From assembly GCA_045637805.1 (NCBI GenBank), contig JAZUAE010000012.1, positions 64,751 to 128,750 on the forward strand: 64,000 nt of DNA, written 5' to 3'. Made by a program: the position numbers and the translations under genes. The first letter of the stretch is position 1; every line of letters begins with the position of its first letter. Under the pieces are notes generated by a model. The model was not told the origin of the DNA, ran no database searches, and saw nothing but the letters and a program-made list of their open reading frames with translations. Shown one piece after another: positions 49,601-57,969 of this stretch. This stretch comes from Clostridia bacterium (GTDB lineage Bacteria > Bacillota > Clostridia > Christensenellales > UBA1242).

Positions 49601-50653
49601 ATTCCAGAAGGTTCGTCTTTAAGTTTTGAGTCTACAGTGTATTTGCAAAAAGATAATGATTTAATTGGCGAAAATATTTTTGCAGAAAATGCTGTAATTC
49701 ATAACTTGGCACATACATTCTATAATTTTGGTACACTCAAATTTTATGATGTTTATGGAAACATGGAACTTATAAACTACAATACAACTACGATTGACAG
49801 ATATTGCCTAGATTATTTGTCTATGTATAATGCAAAAGATGGCGTAGTGAATGTAAATCTTTGTGAAAATATTCAATATCGCACTGAATATAGGTCATTT
49901 GGTAGTTTTGAAAATCATGGTACTTTTAATTATATTTATCATATTGAGACACCGGATAGCGAACTTAAAGATAGTGTGAATGAAAATGAATTGTTCAGAT
50001 TCCGCATTGAAAAGAAATCAATTAATACAGGAACACTTAATGGTTTATTTGAAATAGCTGAAGCCGACTTCTTCTTGAACTCTGGCACGCAAATATCTCC
50101 GTTTGTTAATATATATTATAAAAATTCAAGCGGCGATAAAACATATAAGTATGTTCGCAGTATAGTTAGAGATGAAACTATTGCAGAGAGCGATATGGGT
50201 AAGTTTGAAATTCGAGCAGAAACAGTTGCCGACTTGGTGCTAGCATTTAAAATGAATTATGACTTAGAAAGAAGTGAACGTGTTATTATAAAAGTTATGA
50301 ACGACATTGATATTTCTGATCAAGAAGAATGGTTCTATGATTTTAATGTGTCAGGAAGTAAACACATGGCAACTCTACTTGTAAGAGAAAACTGTCAGCT
50401 TATTATTCTAGAAGGTGCAACTCTTACTCTTGGTAATTTTAAATTAGGTCTACAATACAACAATTATCAGGAAAATAAAGGAAAACTTATAAACTATGGA
50501 AAAATAGTAGGCGATATTGTTTGTGAGGCAAATAAATATAGCACATTTACAGAAACATACTATCAGCTTGATTATGTTTCAGGTGATGGTGAGTTTGAAG
50601 GTGTTATTTGGAAAAAAGACGATTACTTTGCTTGGAAAAACTCACAAGAATAA
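46616..50653 (+). CDS. Large lipoprotein / surface protein, function unknown
   Basis: 1345 aa. Signal peptide with lipobox-like LFAGC. N-terminal modules ending in W-[EK]-I motifs. The C-terminal half is rich in NxG[TK] strand-turn motifs. Confidence 0.8.
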   Translation: MKKIIKTLVLLFIFLLPTAVLFAGCGGSDIDDGEMMSLVVTSKSSAMRINDYNEINLEHGQVYIIDINSFKYYAGYQKGKKEINDTSKITFSTSFPSGEVAPLGNYELYISYGNYSNYYTIKINKVVAKPVASQTSFIYSGEEQIPEITGIQDEYMYEMGYSVGADVSCDYFKQFFLRENCMWSDGSTEPYYLGWEILPYEIPTPTYTTITYNPYDSWSYPGEHLENVSDYEDIPNFSLEIYDNIIHFGESLNSVGAHTVYCEILSPNYCFAGGERRVAGEFKINVLYIEIPEFIKEYTYSNGGHNVQFVDGWPSHVTTIGDVYQTELGTHYTLFEVSDPGNVLWEDIEDFEVGEQIVENVIKVSDSQIKIVWEIVPIKIKRPTLIQKEIVFDHSSHSPLLYESNEGMEFNYNDKGFGFGNDTQYDAGEYRVEVRLNYGYVWSDTETSENLIFDWKIIKANLVAPGEGQTGFDEWRVPGVVSAKNTFDVSKIYLPFGFDFSTFSSTAELEAAIGESVSFIDNKFTDSNGIIWVRDISDGIKISQTFDLSGKSVGDTQAAYATYYSTSNNYFDKKDIIFNIDIAEKGSQWIDFIWDDPNAPDVDWIYGDVFMFDEENLFVRSGDGYKLQYKFINTDNSGENFTYYHNSTDTWVNVGEYTVYLELEESSDYKYYSKFVSYNVNVGKKILTAENVAGVSAGKIYRLDELKDSLFDGQVMHNGKTVEGTFNWTNPFFKPSLNDSNVTEFEYTFTPTNTDNYSQYKSTTKITIERSVVRAEIFPTLGRVANGYGKDFFFEGDNWADIIINSLNARARDKNNYIIDGTWSLIIPEGKTVVDDEFALKFSPENQTYYQDCIFYNLYGQLDSYYKIKDVCYKGAEPEFVVNYDGKLYYHIQYAAVTYTNHVAEFNFEYDIENFTINEIDGGYTLTFLGHTSSATYNYSNFVEVTTEYDLLNYVLYHYDVSLDTSTILIVNGDIVVNDAILGSDRYCLDIFRMFIPEGSSLSFESTVYLQKDNDLIGENIFAENAVIHNLAHTFYNFGTLKFYDVYGNMELINYNTTTIDRYCLDYLSMYNAKDGVVNVNLCENIQYRTEYRSFGSFENHGTFNYIYHIETPDSELKDSVNENELFRFRIEKKSINTGTLNGLFEIAEADFFLNSGTQISPFVNIYYKNSSGDKTYKYVRSIVRDETIAESDMGKFEIRAETVADLVLAFKMNYDLERSERVIIKVMNDIDISDQEEWFYDFNVSGSKHMATLLVRENCQLIILEGATLTLGNFKLGLQYNNYQENKGKLINYGKIVGDIVCEANKYSTFTETYYQLDYVSGDGEFEGVIWKKDDYFAWKNSQE

Positions 50654-50675
50654 GAGGACTTAGTCCTCTTTTTTA
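50654..50675 (+). terminator. Rho-independent terminator
   Basis: Stem GAGGAC/GTCCTC (50654-59 / 50663-68) followed by a T6 run. Confidence 0.7.
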
Positions 50676-50766
50676 TTGCTGTTTTTTCAAAACTATTGAC
50701 TTATTAGGTGTGAATGCTTTACTATATATACGTATAAGTATATATAAATATATAAGGGAGAAGGGT

Positions 50767-51120
50767 ATGATTACTTCAAAACAAAGGGCGGAGCTTCGTG
50801 CTGCCGCAAATGGTTTAGAGCCAAGTGTGCAAATAGGTCAAGGTGGACTTACTGAAAATGTTATTCTTCAAGTTGAGATGAATCTTTCATCTAAAGAACT
50901 AGTAAAAATCGATTGCTTGAAAAATAGCGATGTTGAGCCAAAGGCTGTGGCTGAGGCTTTTGCAGAAGCACTTAAGGCTGATGTGGTTAGCGTTATAGGT
51001 AGAAAAGTTACACTTTACAAATTTTCTAGCAAGGCTAAAAAACATTATTTAATGAGTGAAGAAAACAAGAAAAAGGCGGAAAAGAAAAATGAAAAACAAA
51101 CTAAGCGCAATAGAAAATAG
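50767..51120 (+). CDS. yhbY: YhbY-type CRM-domain RNA-binding protein with Lys-rich tail
   Basis: LTSKQRAELRAAANGLEPSVQIGQGGLTENV is the CRS1_YhbY motif. SD AAGGGAGAAGGG. The longer ORF starting at 50608 would run through the upstream terminator. Confidence 0.8.
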   Translation: MITSKQRAELRAAANGLEPSVQIGQGGLTENVILQVEMNLSSKELVKIDCLKNSDVEPKAVAEAFAEALKADVVSVIGRKVTLYKFSSKAKKHYLMSEENKKKAEKKNEKQTKRNRK

Positions 51121-52120
51121 TTTTGCTGAAGATATTGTAAAAATTGCATCTTCAAGCGAGCTTGAGGAAATTAGATTAAAGTACCTTGGAAAGAAGGGTT
51201 TAATAAATGATATTATGGCAGACTTTAGGCTCCTTCCAAATGAAGAAAAACGCGAAATGGGTGCATTAGTCAATTCCGTGAAAAACAAGATTGAGAAAAA
51301 ACTAGCAGCAGCTAAAGAAGAAATTGGTCTTAAAGAAATTATGGCTAAGCTTGAAAAAGAAGAACCTTATGATTTTTCGGTACCAGCTGATACAAAGACT
51401 GGTTCGCTTCACCCAAGAACAATTTTACAAAAACAAATTGAAGATGTGTTTGTTTCTATGGGCTTTGTTATCGAGGACGGCCCAGAGGTTGAAACTGAGT
51501 ATAATAACTTTGACGCAGTTAACGTTCCAGCAAGCCACCCAGCACGTGATGTGCAAGATACTTTTTGGCTTGAAAATGGTCAAGTTTTAAAAACACAAAC
51601 TTCTGCTTCACAAAATAGAATTTTAAAAACTTATGGTCCAAAATGTAGAGTACTTTTCCCAGGTCGTTGTTTTAGAAACGAGGCGGTGGACAATGGTCAT
51701 GAAAACACTTTCTTCCAAGTAGAAGGTGTCGTTGTTGATGAAAACGTTTCAGTTGCAAACCTTATATATTTTATGAAAGAAATGCTTAAAGGTGTTTTCA
51801 AGAAAGACATTAATGTGCGTCTTCGTCCGGGATACTTCCCATTTACTGAGCCATCTTTTGAGCTTGACGCTAGCTGTCCATTCTGTGGCGGCAAAGGCTG
51901 TGCTACTTGTGGTGGCAGCGGTTGGATTGAGCTTTGCCCATGCGGTATGATTCACCCTAACGTGCTCAGAGAGGGCGGCGTTGACCCAGACAAATATAAC
52001 GGGTTCGCTTTCGGTCTTGGCTTCGATAGACTTGTTATGATTAAGTCTGGTCTAAAAGATATTAGAGTACTTACAAGCGGCAATGTTCAAGTATTAAAAC
52101 AATTTGGAACTAAAATGTAG
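51089..52120 (+). CDS. pheS: Phenylalanine--tRNA ligase alpha subunit
   Basis: LRLKYLGKKG N-terminus and class II motifs (FRNEAVD.., GFAFGLGFDRLVM). The upstream GTG at 51056 would add only a poly-basic extension. Confidence 0.95.
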   Translation: MKNKLSAIENSFAEDIVKIASSSELEEIRLKYLGKKGLINDIMADFRLLPNEEKREMGALVNSVKNKIEKKLAAAKEEIGLKEIMAKLEKEEPYDFSVPADTKTGSLHPRTILQKQIEDVFVSMGFVIEDGPEVETEYNNFDAVNVPASHPARDVQDTFWLENGQVLKTQTSASQNRILKTYGPKCRVLFPGRCFRNEAVDNGHENTFFQVEGVVVDENVSVANLIYFMKEMLKGVFKKDINVRLRPGYFPFTEPSFELDASCPFCGGKGCATCGGSGWIELCPCGMIHPNVLREGGVDPDKYNGFAFGLGFDRLVMIKSGLKDIRVLTSGNVQVLKQFGTKM

Positions 52121-52132
52121 GAGGCGAGGAAA

Positions 52133-54517
52133 ATGAAAATTTCAATTAACTGGATTAAAGAATTTGTAGATTTAAGCGGTATTGATGAAAAACTCTTGAC
52201 TGAAAGATTTAACCTTGCTACCGCTGAGATTGAAGAAGTTGAATATAAAGGTAAGGATACAACAAATGTTGTATTTGGTAAAATTTTGCAAGTAGAAAAT
52301 GTGGAAAATTCAGATCACTTGCATAAACTTTTAGTTGATGTTGGAGATGAGAAACTTCAAATAGTTTGTGGTGCTCCAAATGTTAGAGTGGGAATGAAAA
52401 CTTGTGTTGCCAAAGTTGGTGGTAGTGTTTGTGGACATAAAATCGGTGCGGCTAAACTCGCTGGCATAGAATCATTTGGTATGTGTTGCTCTGAGGCAGA
52501 ACTTGGTCTTGGCGCAGACGATGAAGGTATTATGGATCTTGAGGGTGAATATACACTCGGTCAAGATATTAAAGAGGTTTGGCCTGTTGACGATATTGTT
52601 TTCGAGGTTGATAATAAATCTCTTACAAACCGCCCTGATCTTTGGGGCCACTATGGAATGGCACGTGAGTTTTCTGTAATTTTCAATAGACCACTTAAAC
52701 CTATTGAAACACTTGATCTTTCTAAGTTTGATGGTTTAAAAAAGATTGATATTAATGTAGAGGCTGAAGGCTGCTATCGTTATAGTGGAATTACTGCTGG
52801 CAACATCACAGTTAAAAAATCACCTATGGCCATGAAGATTAGGCTTAATTATTGTGGCATGCGTGATATTAACCTCTTGGCTGATATTACAAACTATACC
52901 ATGCTTGAAGTGGGCGAGCCTATGCACGCTTTCGATAACGAAATTGTTAAAGGTATTAATGTTATTAAAGCTAAGAAAGGCGATAAAATGATCACTCTCG
53001 AGGGTGAAGAGCATGAAGTGCCAGAAAATGCAGTCCTTATTTCTGATGAAAACAAGGTTCCTTGTGCTATCGCTGGAATCAAAGGTGGACTGAAGTCTGG
53101 TATTTCAGACAATACATCTAGCGTTCTTTTTGAGGCTGCTGTATTTGATCCTGTTTCAATTAGAAAAACAAGCAAGGCAATCGGTCTTGCTACTGATGCA
53201 AGTCAACGCTATGAGAAAACTCTTGACCCAGAGATTACTCTTATTGCTCTTGGCAGAATTTTAAAGACATTGTCTGAAATAGATAGTGGTATAGTTGTAA
53301 CAAGTTCGCTCTCTGACTGTTACACTAAAAAATATTCACCTGTAACTATCGAGACAACTGCAGAGTTTATTTCAAAAAGAATCGGTAAGATAGTAAGCGA
53401 AGAAGAAATAGTTAAAATATTAACAGGTTTGGGTTTTGCTGTTTCAAAGAAAGGGGAAACATTGATTGTTTTAGTTCCATCATACCGTGCAACAAAAGAT
53501 GTGTCAATGCGTGAAGATTTGGTTGAAGAAGTGGCAAGAATTATAGGTTATGATAATATTGTTCCTACAAAGCTTAAAATGGAAGTTGAGCCAGTATCTC
53601 AAAACAATGCAATCAACTATGAATATGAGGTTAAAAAGATTCTTGCTGAAAAGTATAATGCAAACGAAGTTCATTCATATTTCTGGAATTTTAGCGATTT
53701 TAATAAAGAGTATGGGATCGAAACAAAAAGTTATTTAAAACTTTTGGATAGCAGCAATTCAGGTCACTCAGGACTACGTAGTGAGCTTATCCCATCACTT
53801 TTAAGATTTTATGTGCAAAATAAAGGTTATTCAAACAATGTTCGCTTATTTGAGATTGCTAGAACTGTAACTGGCTTAGATGAGAACAATCTTGCCATTG
53901 AGGAAAAACATTTAGCAGTAATCCTCGCATCTAATGAAAAGAGTGAATTTGAACTTTTAGACGAAGCTAAAAGAGTTGTTTTTGACTTAACGGGAACAGT
54001 TGCTGGTGCAAGTTTCATAGAGCTTTCAGGAAAACCTACAGCTACATATATGCACCCTATAAATAGCGCAAACATTGTAGCTGTTCATGATGTCGGTGAG
54101 TTTGGATTTGTTGGTAGCTTAAACCCTGTTATAGCTGGAAAAATGGATAAAAAATACAAGGTTATATTGATTGATATTAACTTTGATAAGTTCGTAAAAC
54201 TTCGTTTTATTTCTAAAAAAGCCAAAGAAGTTTCTAAATTCCCAACAGTTGAGTTTGATCTAAGCTTTGTGGTGGATATTAAAACAAAGTATGCTGATGT
54301 ATTAAAGATTTTACAAAAGAGCAAATCAAAGATATTGAAGAGCATTAATTTAGTTGATATATATAAAAATGAAGAACAACTCCAAGGTAAAAAGAGCATG
54401 ACATTTAGATTTGTTTTAGGCGCCATGGATAGAACACTTGAGTCTGCAGAAACCGATGGTTATAGAGAAGCTGTAATTGCAAATGCAAAAATGTCTGGTC
54501 TTGAAATCAGAGGGTAA
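52133..54517 (+). CDS. pheT: Phenylalanine--tRNA ligase beta subunit
   Basis: 794 aa. MKISINWIKEFVDL N-terminus, tRNA-binding domain, and B3/4, B5 and FDX-ACB domains in the usual order. Confidence 0.95.
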   Translation: MKISINWIKEFVDLSGIDEKLLTERFNLATAEIEEVEYKGKDTTNVVFGKILQVENVENSDHLHKLLVDVGDEKLQIVCGAPNVRVGMKTCVAKVGGSVCGHKIGAAKLAGIESFGMCCSEAELGLGADDEGIMDLEGEYTLGQDIKEVWPVDDIVFEVDNKSLTNRPDLWGHYGMAREFSVIFNRPLKPIETLDLSKFDGLKKIDINVEAEGCYRYSGITAGNITVKKSPMAMKIRLNYCGMRDINLLADITNYTMLEVGEPMHAFDNEIVKGINVIKAKKGDKMITLEGEEHEVPENAVLISDENKVPCAIAGIKGGLKSGISDNTSSVLFEAAVFDPVSIRKTSKAIGLATDASQRYEKTLDPEITLIALGRILKTLSEIDSGIVVTSSLSDCYTKKYSPVTIETTAEFISKRIGKIVSEEEIVKILTGLGFAVSKKGETLIVLVPSYRATKDVSMREDLVEEVARIIGYDNIVPTKLKMEVEPVSQNNAINYEYEVKKILAEKYNANEVHSYFWNFSDFNKEYGIETKSYLKLLDSSNSGHSGLRSELIPSLLRFYVQNKGYSNNVRLFEIARTVTGLDENNLAIEEKHLAVILASNEKSEFELLDEAKRVVFDLTGTVAGASFIELSGKPTATYMHPINSANIVAVHDVGEFGFVGSLNPVIAGKMDKKYKVILIDINFDKFVKLRFISKKAKEVSKFPTVEFDLSFVVDIKTKYADVLKILQKSKSKILKSINLVDIYKNEEQLQGKKSMTFRFVLGAMDRTLESAETDGYREAVIANAKMSGLEIRG

Positions 54518-54522
54518 ATTTT

Positions 54523-55742
54523 GTGAATAAAATTGAGCATAATAAAAAATTTATTAAAGATTTTATTTTAAAATATACAAATCCCGGTAAATATTGTGCA
54601 CCTAATGAAGATGATATTTTGAAATTTGCTGATATTATTGTTAATAACAATCCATATATTAATTTGGGTGTTATTAACAAAATCAATGTTGAAATAGAAA
54701 ATGAAAAAGAAGGCAATGTACGTGGTAGATTTTATCCTGCGAGAAAGAAAGTTGTTTTAAATAAAACGATATTTGAAGATCCTTGTGATTATAATCTTAG
54801 AAAAATGCTAAGGATCTATTTCATGAACTACAACATTGTATTCAACACCAAATGTTTTTAATCGAAGAAGATAATGTGTATAGGAACAAATTAGAAAATA
54901 GTCAAAAATTTTATTGTGGAACAAAGAAATATATTCCAGATGCTGTTAAGGTGTATACGTTTTTGTATGACGAATATATTTGTAAAAATTTTGGCAAAAT
55001 GGGGCAGGAGAATCTTGTAAAATTTGAAAAAGATGTAAAATTTGCACTTTATAGCAATTTATATATGGAACGCGATGCTAGAATTTGTGGGTGTGCATAT
55101 ACAAAAAAATTTTTTGAAAATTTATTGAAAGCTGAGGATTTAACTGAGGATTTTAAGGCAAATATAAAACACAATTTATGTTATGCAAAAAAAGAGTTTA
55201 ATGAAGAAAAAGAAAAAAATAAAAAAGAAATTGAGTTTTTAGATAAATGCTTTAATATGAGTTGTGAAGAGTTATTTGGAAATTTGGAAAATAAGTTGCT
55301 AAAATTTGCTGCACAATTAAAAGGAGCGAGTGCGGAGGATTTTCAAAAATCAAAAGATGCTTTTTGGGCAATGTTTACACGCTTAGCTATGACAAATGAT
55401 GCAGATAAATTAAAAGAGTACTATAAGCATATAATAAAAAATCCTTTAAAAATATCTGCACGTGGCGAAGAAAAAATAGTCCTTAAAAAGCTTTTAAGTG
55501 AAGAGTATCCCGCATTTACAATGTTTTTTTCAAGTGCTTTAGGGTATAAAATGAAAGAAATCGATAAAAAAGAAAGGCTTGAAATTTCTAATGAAATATT
55601 AAATTTTGCACTTGGAAGAAGTGATGTGTGTGAAGCACAATTAAAAAATATTTTAACAGATGATGATATGCTTGTGTTTCAAAATAGACAATGTGATAAA
55701 TCAAAGCATGAAATCAATGAGGAAGAAAATAAAAACAACTAG
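54523..55742 (+). pseudogene. HExxH protein gene interrupted by a one-base (A-tract) frameshift; paralogue of 18686-19282
   Basis: ORF 54523-54861 and ORF 54852-55742 overlap. The second frame is open back to 54801 and there encodes KNAKDLFHELQHCIQHQ with no start codon. One extra A in the A5 run (54801-05) fuses the two frames. Confidence 0.6.
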
Positions 55743-55761
55743 CTATTGCTAGTTGTTTTTT
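55731..55761. terminator. Bidirectional terminator; both convergent stop codons lie in the hairpin arms
   Basis: Stem CAACTAGC/GCTAGTTG (55736-43 / 55748-55) flanked by A5 and T6. TAG at 55740-42 (+) and CTA at 55749-51 (-). Confidence 0.65.
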
Positions 55762-56561
55762 GATTGTAATAAATAAGATTGTTTGATTTCAGCTTTAGGC
55801 TCGGACATAGCAAAGCATATAATTGAAAGAATTAGTGACAAACTCGCAAAAATTAAATAGTATCCTGAAAATGGAATAAATAGGCTAGAAAAATAGAGTA
55901 GAAAACTTGTAAAAAGGAAGCTGCGAGCTTTCTTTTTGTTTAAGCTCATATTTTTAAGATTTGAAAAAGGTTTATATTCAACTTTTGAATTTTTATCAAC
56001 AATATATGTGTCATATTTTTGCATGAGCTTATATGTGTCAACTTTATCAAAAAAATAGATAGAAATGTTCTTTAAATTTTTTGCGTAACTGGTTGTATCA
56101 ATAGATGCGGACTCGGTGAATATTGCAATTTCATAAATTCCAAGCTTATTTGCTTCGATGTATGCATTTAGGACAAATCTCTTTTGATTAACATCGCTTA
56201 AATAATCAAAGCATACAAGTAATTTTTTATCAATAATTAAATAATTGTCTTTTTTCTCAACAATGAAAGTTTTTGCAAAAAGTTGTTCAAAAAAGGTTAA
56301 AATTGCATCATTTTCACTTGTTTGAAGTGTAAAATTGCACTTTTCCATGTGTTTGTGTTCATGAAAACTGGTATATTTTTTTCGCCAAGATTTGATTCCT
56401 TGGGGAAATATTATTTTCCAACATAAAATAAAAATTGCTATAGCTAAAACTAGACAAACAATGGGGTTTGACAAAAAGGTTTTAAAGGTTGCATAGCTTA
56501 TAAAAAATGAAATAACTGATAAAAATAAAGTGTCGAGAAATACTGATAATTTACTTTGCAT
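55749..56561 (-). CDS. Membrane protein with 2+2 TM helices flanking a soluble middle domain; function unknown
   Basis: 270 aa. AAGGAGG SD. Two N-terminal and two C-terminal hydrophobic helices. Confidence 0.6.
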   Translation of the reverse strand: MQSKLSVFLDTLFLSVISFFISYATFKTFLSNPIVCLVLAIAIFILCWKIIFPQGIKSWRKKYTSFHEHKHMEKCNFTLQTSENDAILTFFEQLFAKTFIVEKKDNYLIIDKKLLVCFDYLSDVNQKRFVLNAYIEANKLGIYEIAIFTESASIDTTSYAKNLKNISIYFFDKVDTYKLMQKYDTYIVDKNSKVEYKPFSNLKNMSLNKKKARSFLFTSFLLYFSSLFIPFSGYYLIFASLSLILSIICFAMSEPKAEIKQSYLLQSKNN

Positions 56562-56664
56562 AAATCCTCCTTATTTAATTATTACATCTAATTATATATT
56601 TATACCGTAGTAATTTTGCTTGCAAATAATTTTTAAACTTTGTATACTAGGTGTTGGAGAGAAT

Positions 56665-57969
56665 ATGACTTTATCTGAGATTTTTCAAAACAAAAGAATG
56701 GGTGGTAAATTTTCTAAAGAAGAGTTGGAGTTTATTTTAACTCAGTTTGATCGTGCAAAAATAGGTTATGATGAAATGTTTGTATTCATTTCACTTTTAA
56801 ATAATTCTTATTCAGTGGACGAGTGTTATAATTTGGCTAAAATTTTGTCAGATTCAGGTGAAAAATTAAACTTGTCTAAAACGCTTGGTTTTTGTTTTGA
56901 TAAGCACAGTGCAGGTGGAATTTCAGATGCAACTTCTTTTATTTATATGTCCGTGCTTTCAAGTTTAAAACTTAATGTTGTAAAATCGACAGCTAGCAAC
57001 TTTGCCAGTTTTAATAATACACTCACTAGATTCTCGGCTTTTAAAGGTTTTAAACCAAACAAAAATGTGAAACAAATTAAAAATGCCATAGATGAATGTG
57101 GTGTTGGTGTTTATGAAAACACAACAAAAATAGCACCTTTGGATTTAAAACTTTATTTGTTTGCAAAGAGATTCAATATCGAACTTGGTGTACCGTTTAT
57201 TGCGGCATCTGTAATGGCTAAAAAGATTGCAGTTGGCCCAAGTGTTTTAGTTGTTGATGTTAAATGTGGTGAGGGTGCACTTGTGGCAAACCTTGCTGAT
57301 GCTGAAAATTTGTCTAAAATAATAGTTGAGATAGGTAAAAGGGCTGGCATAAAAACTGCGGTAATAATAACAAATCTTGATCAGCCGGTATCTGCAGCTG
57401 TTGGTGCTAGAGTTGAGGTTGACGAGGTTGTGCGTATGTTGTCTTATGGCGGATATGCCCATGTGTCTAATCTTTTAAATCTGTCTCGTGAAATGGTTGT
57501 TGTTGCACTTATGATTAGTGGGCTTGCTAAAACCAGGTCTGATGCAAATGATTTATTTGACGAGGCTGTTAATTCTGGCAAGGCTCTTGACCAGTTTTAC
57601 AAAATTGTCAAGGCACACGGTGGCTCTTTTAGTTCATTCATCAGGCTTAGCGACATAACTTCTGGTTACGCAACGACTTATTTTTTAGCTGAGGACGATG
57701 GATATATTCGAGATATAAATACCTATGCTGTAAACGTTGCGGGTCTAAAACTTATGGGGGCAGGCGAAAAGTTTAAAGATGAAAATGCCGGACTTGTTTT
57801 AATGGTGCGTGAGGGCGATAGGGTTCATGAGGGTGACAAACTTGTCAGAATTTTCTATAGCTTTGAAAATCCAAACATGATAGCTGCACGTAAAATGTTA
57901 AAACAAGCAATTTCAATAAAAAAACAAAGACACGAAGCTCACTCGTTGTTTTATAAGGTGGTAATATAA
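56665..57969 (+). CDS. Pyrimidine-nucleoside/thymidine phosphorylase family protein (divergent)
   Basis: Glycosyltransferase family 3 layout with a DKHSAGG motif and a PYNP_C-like C-terminus. Adjacent to deoC. The family signature region is degenerate (see findings). Confidence 0.7.
   Translation: MTLSEIFQNKRMGGKFSKEELEFILTQFDRAKIGYDEMFVFISLLNNSYSVDECYNLAKILSDSGEKLNLSKTLGFCFDKHSAGGISDATSFIYMSVLSSLKLNVVKSTASNFASFNNTLTRFSAFKGFKPNKNVKQIKNAIDECGVGVYENTTKIAPLDLKLYLFAKRFNIELGVPFIAASVMAKKIAVGPSVLVVDVKCGEGALVANLADAENLSKIIVEIGKRAGIKTAVIITNLDQPVSAAVGARVEVDEVVRMLSYGGYAHVSNLLNLSREMVVVALMISGLAKTRSDANDLFDEAVNSGKALDQFYKIVKAHGGSFSSFIRLSDITSGYATTYFLAEDDGYIRDINTYAVNVAGLKLMGAGEKFKDENAGLVLMVREGDRVHEGDKLVRIFYSFENPNMIAARKMLKQAISIKKQRHEAHSLFYKVVI

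Noticed and set aside
50608-50766. The N-terminal 53-aa extension of the yhbY ORF as given in the ORF track.
   Set aside because: It would begin inside the preceding 1345-aa gene and read through its terminator hairpin. A strong SD precedes the internal ATG at 50767, where the conserved CRM domain starts.
50654-51088. A T-box riboswitch upstream of pheS.
   Set aside because: The interval is almost entirely occupied by the yhbY coding sequence. The 113-nt non-coding part holds only a terminator, and no T-box consensus is visible. It is reported as an absence, not a feature.
54523-54861. Treating 54523-54861 and 54852-55742 as two independent small genes.
   Set aside because: The second frame carries the conserved HExxH motif upstream of its first ATG with no start codon, and the tail of the first ORF is featureless. 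A single-base change in an A5 run joins them. One interrupted gene is the simpler reading.
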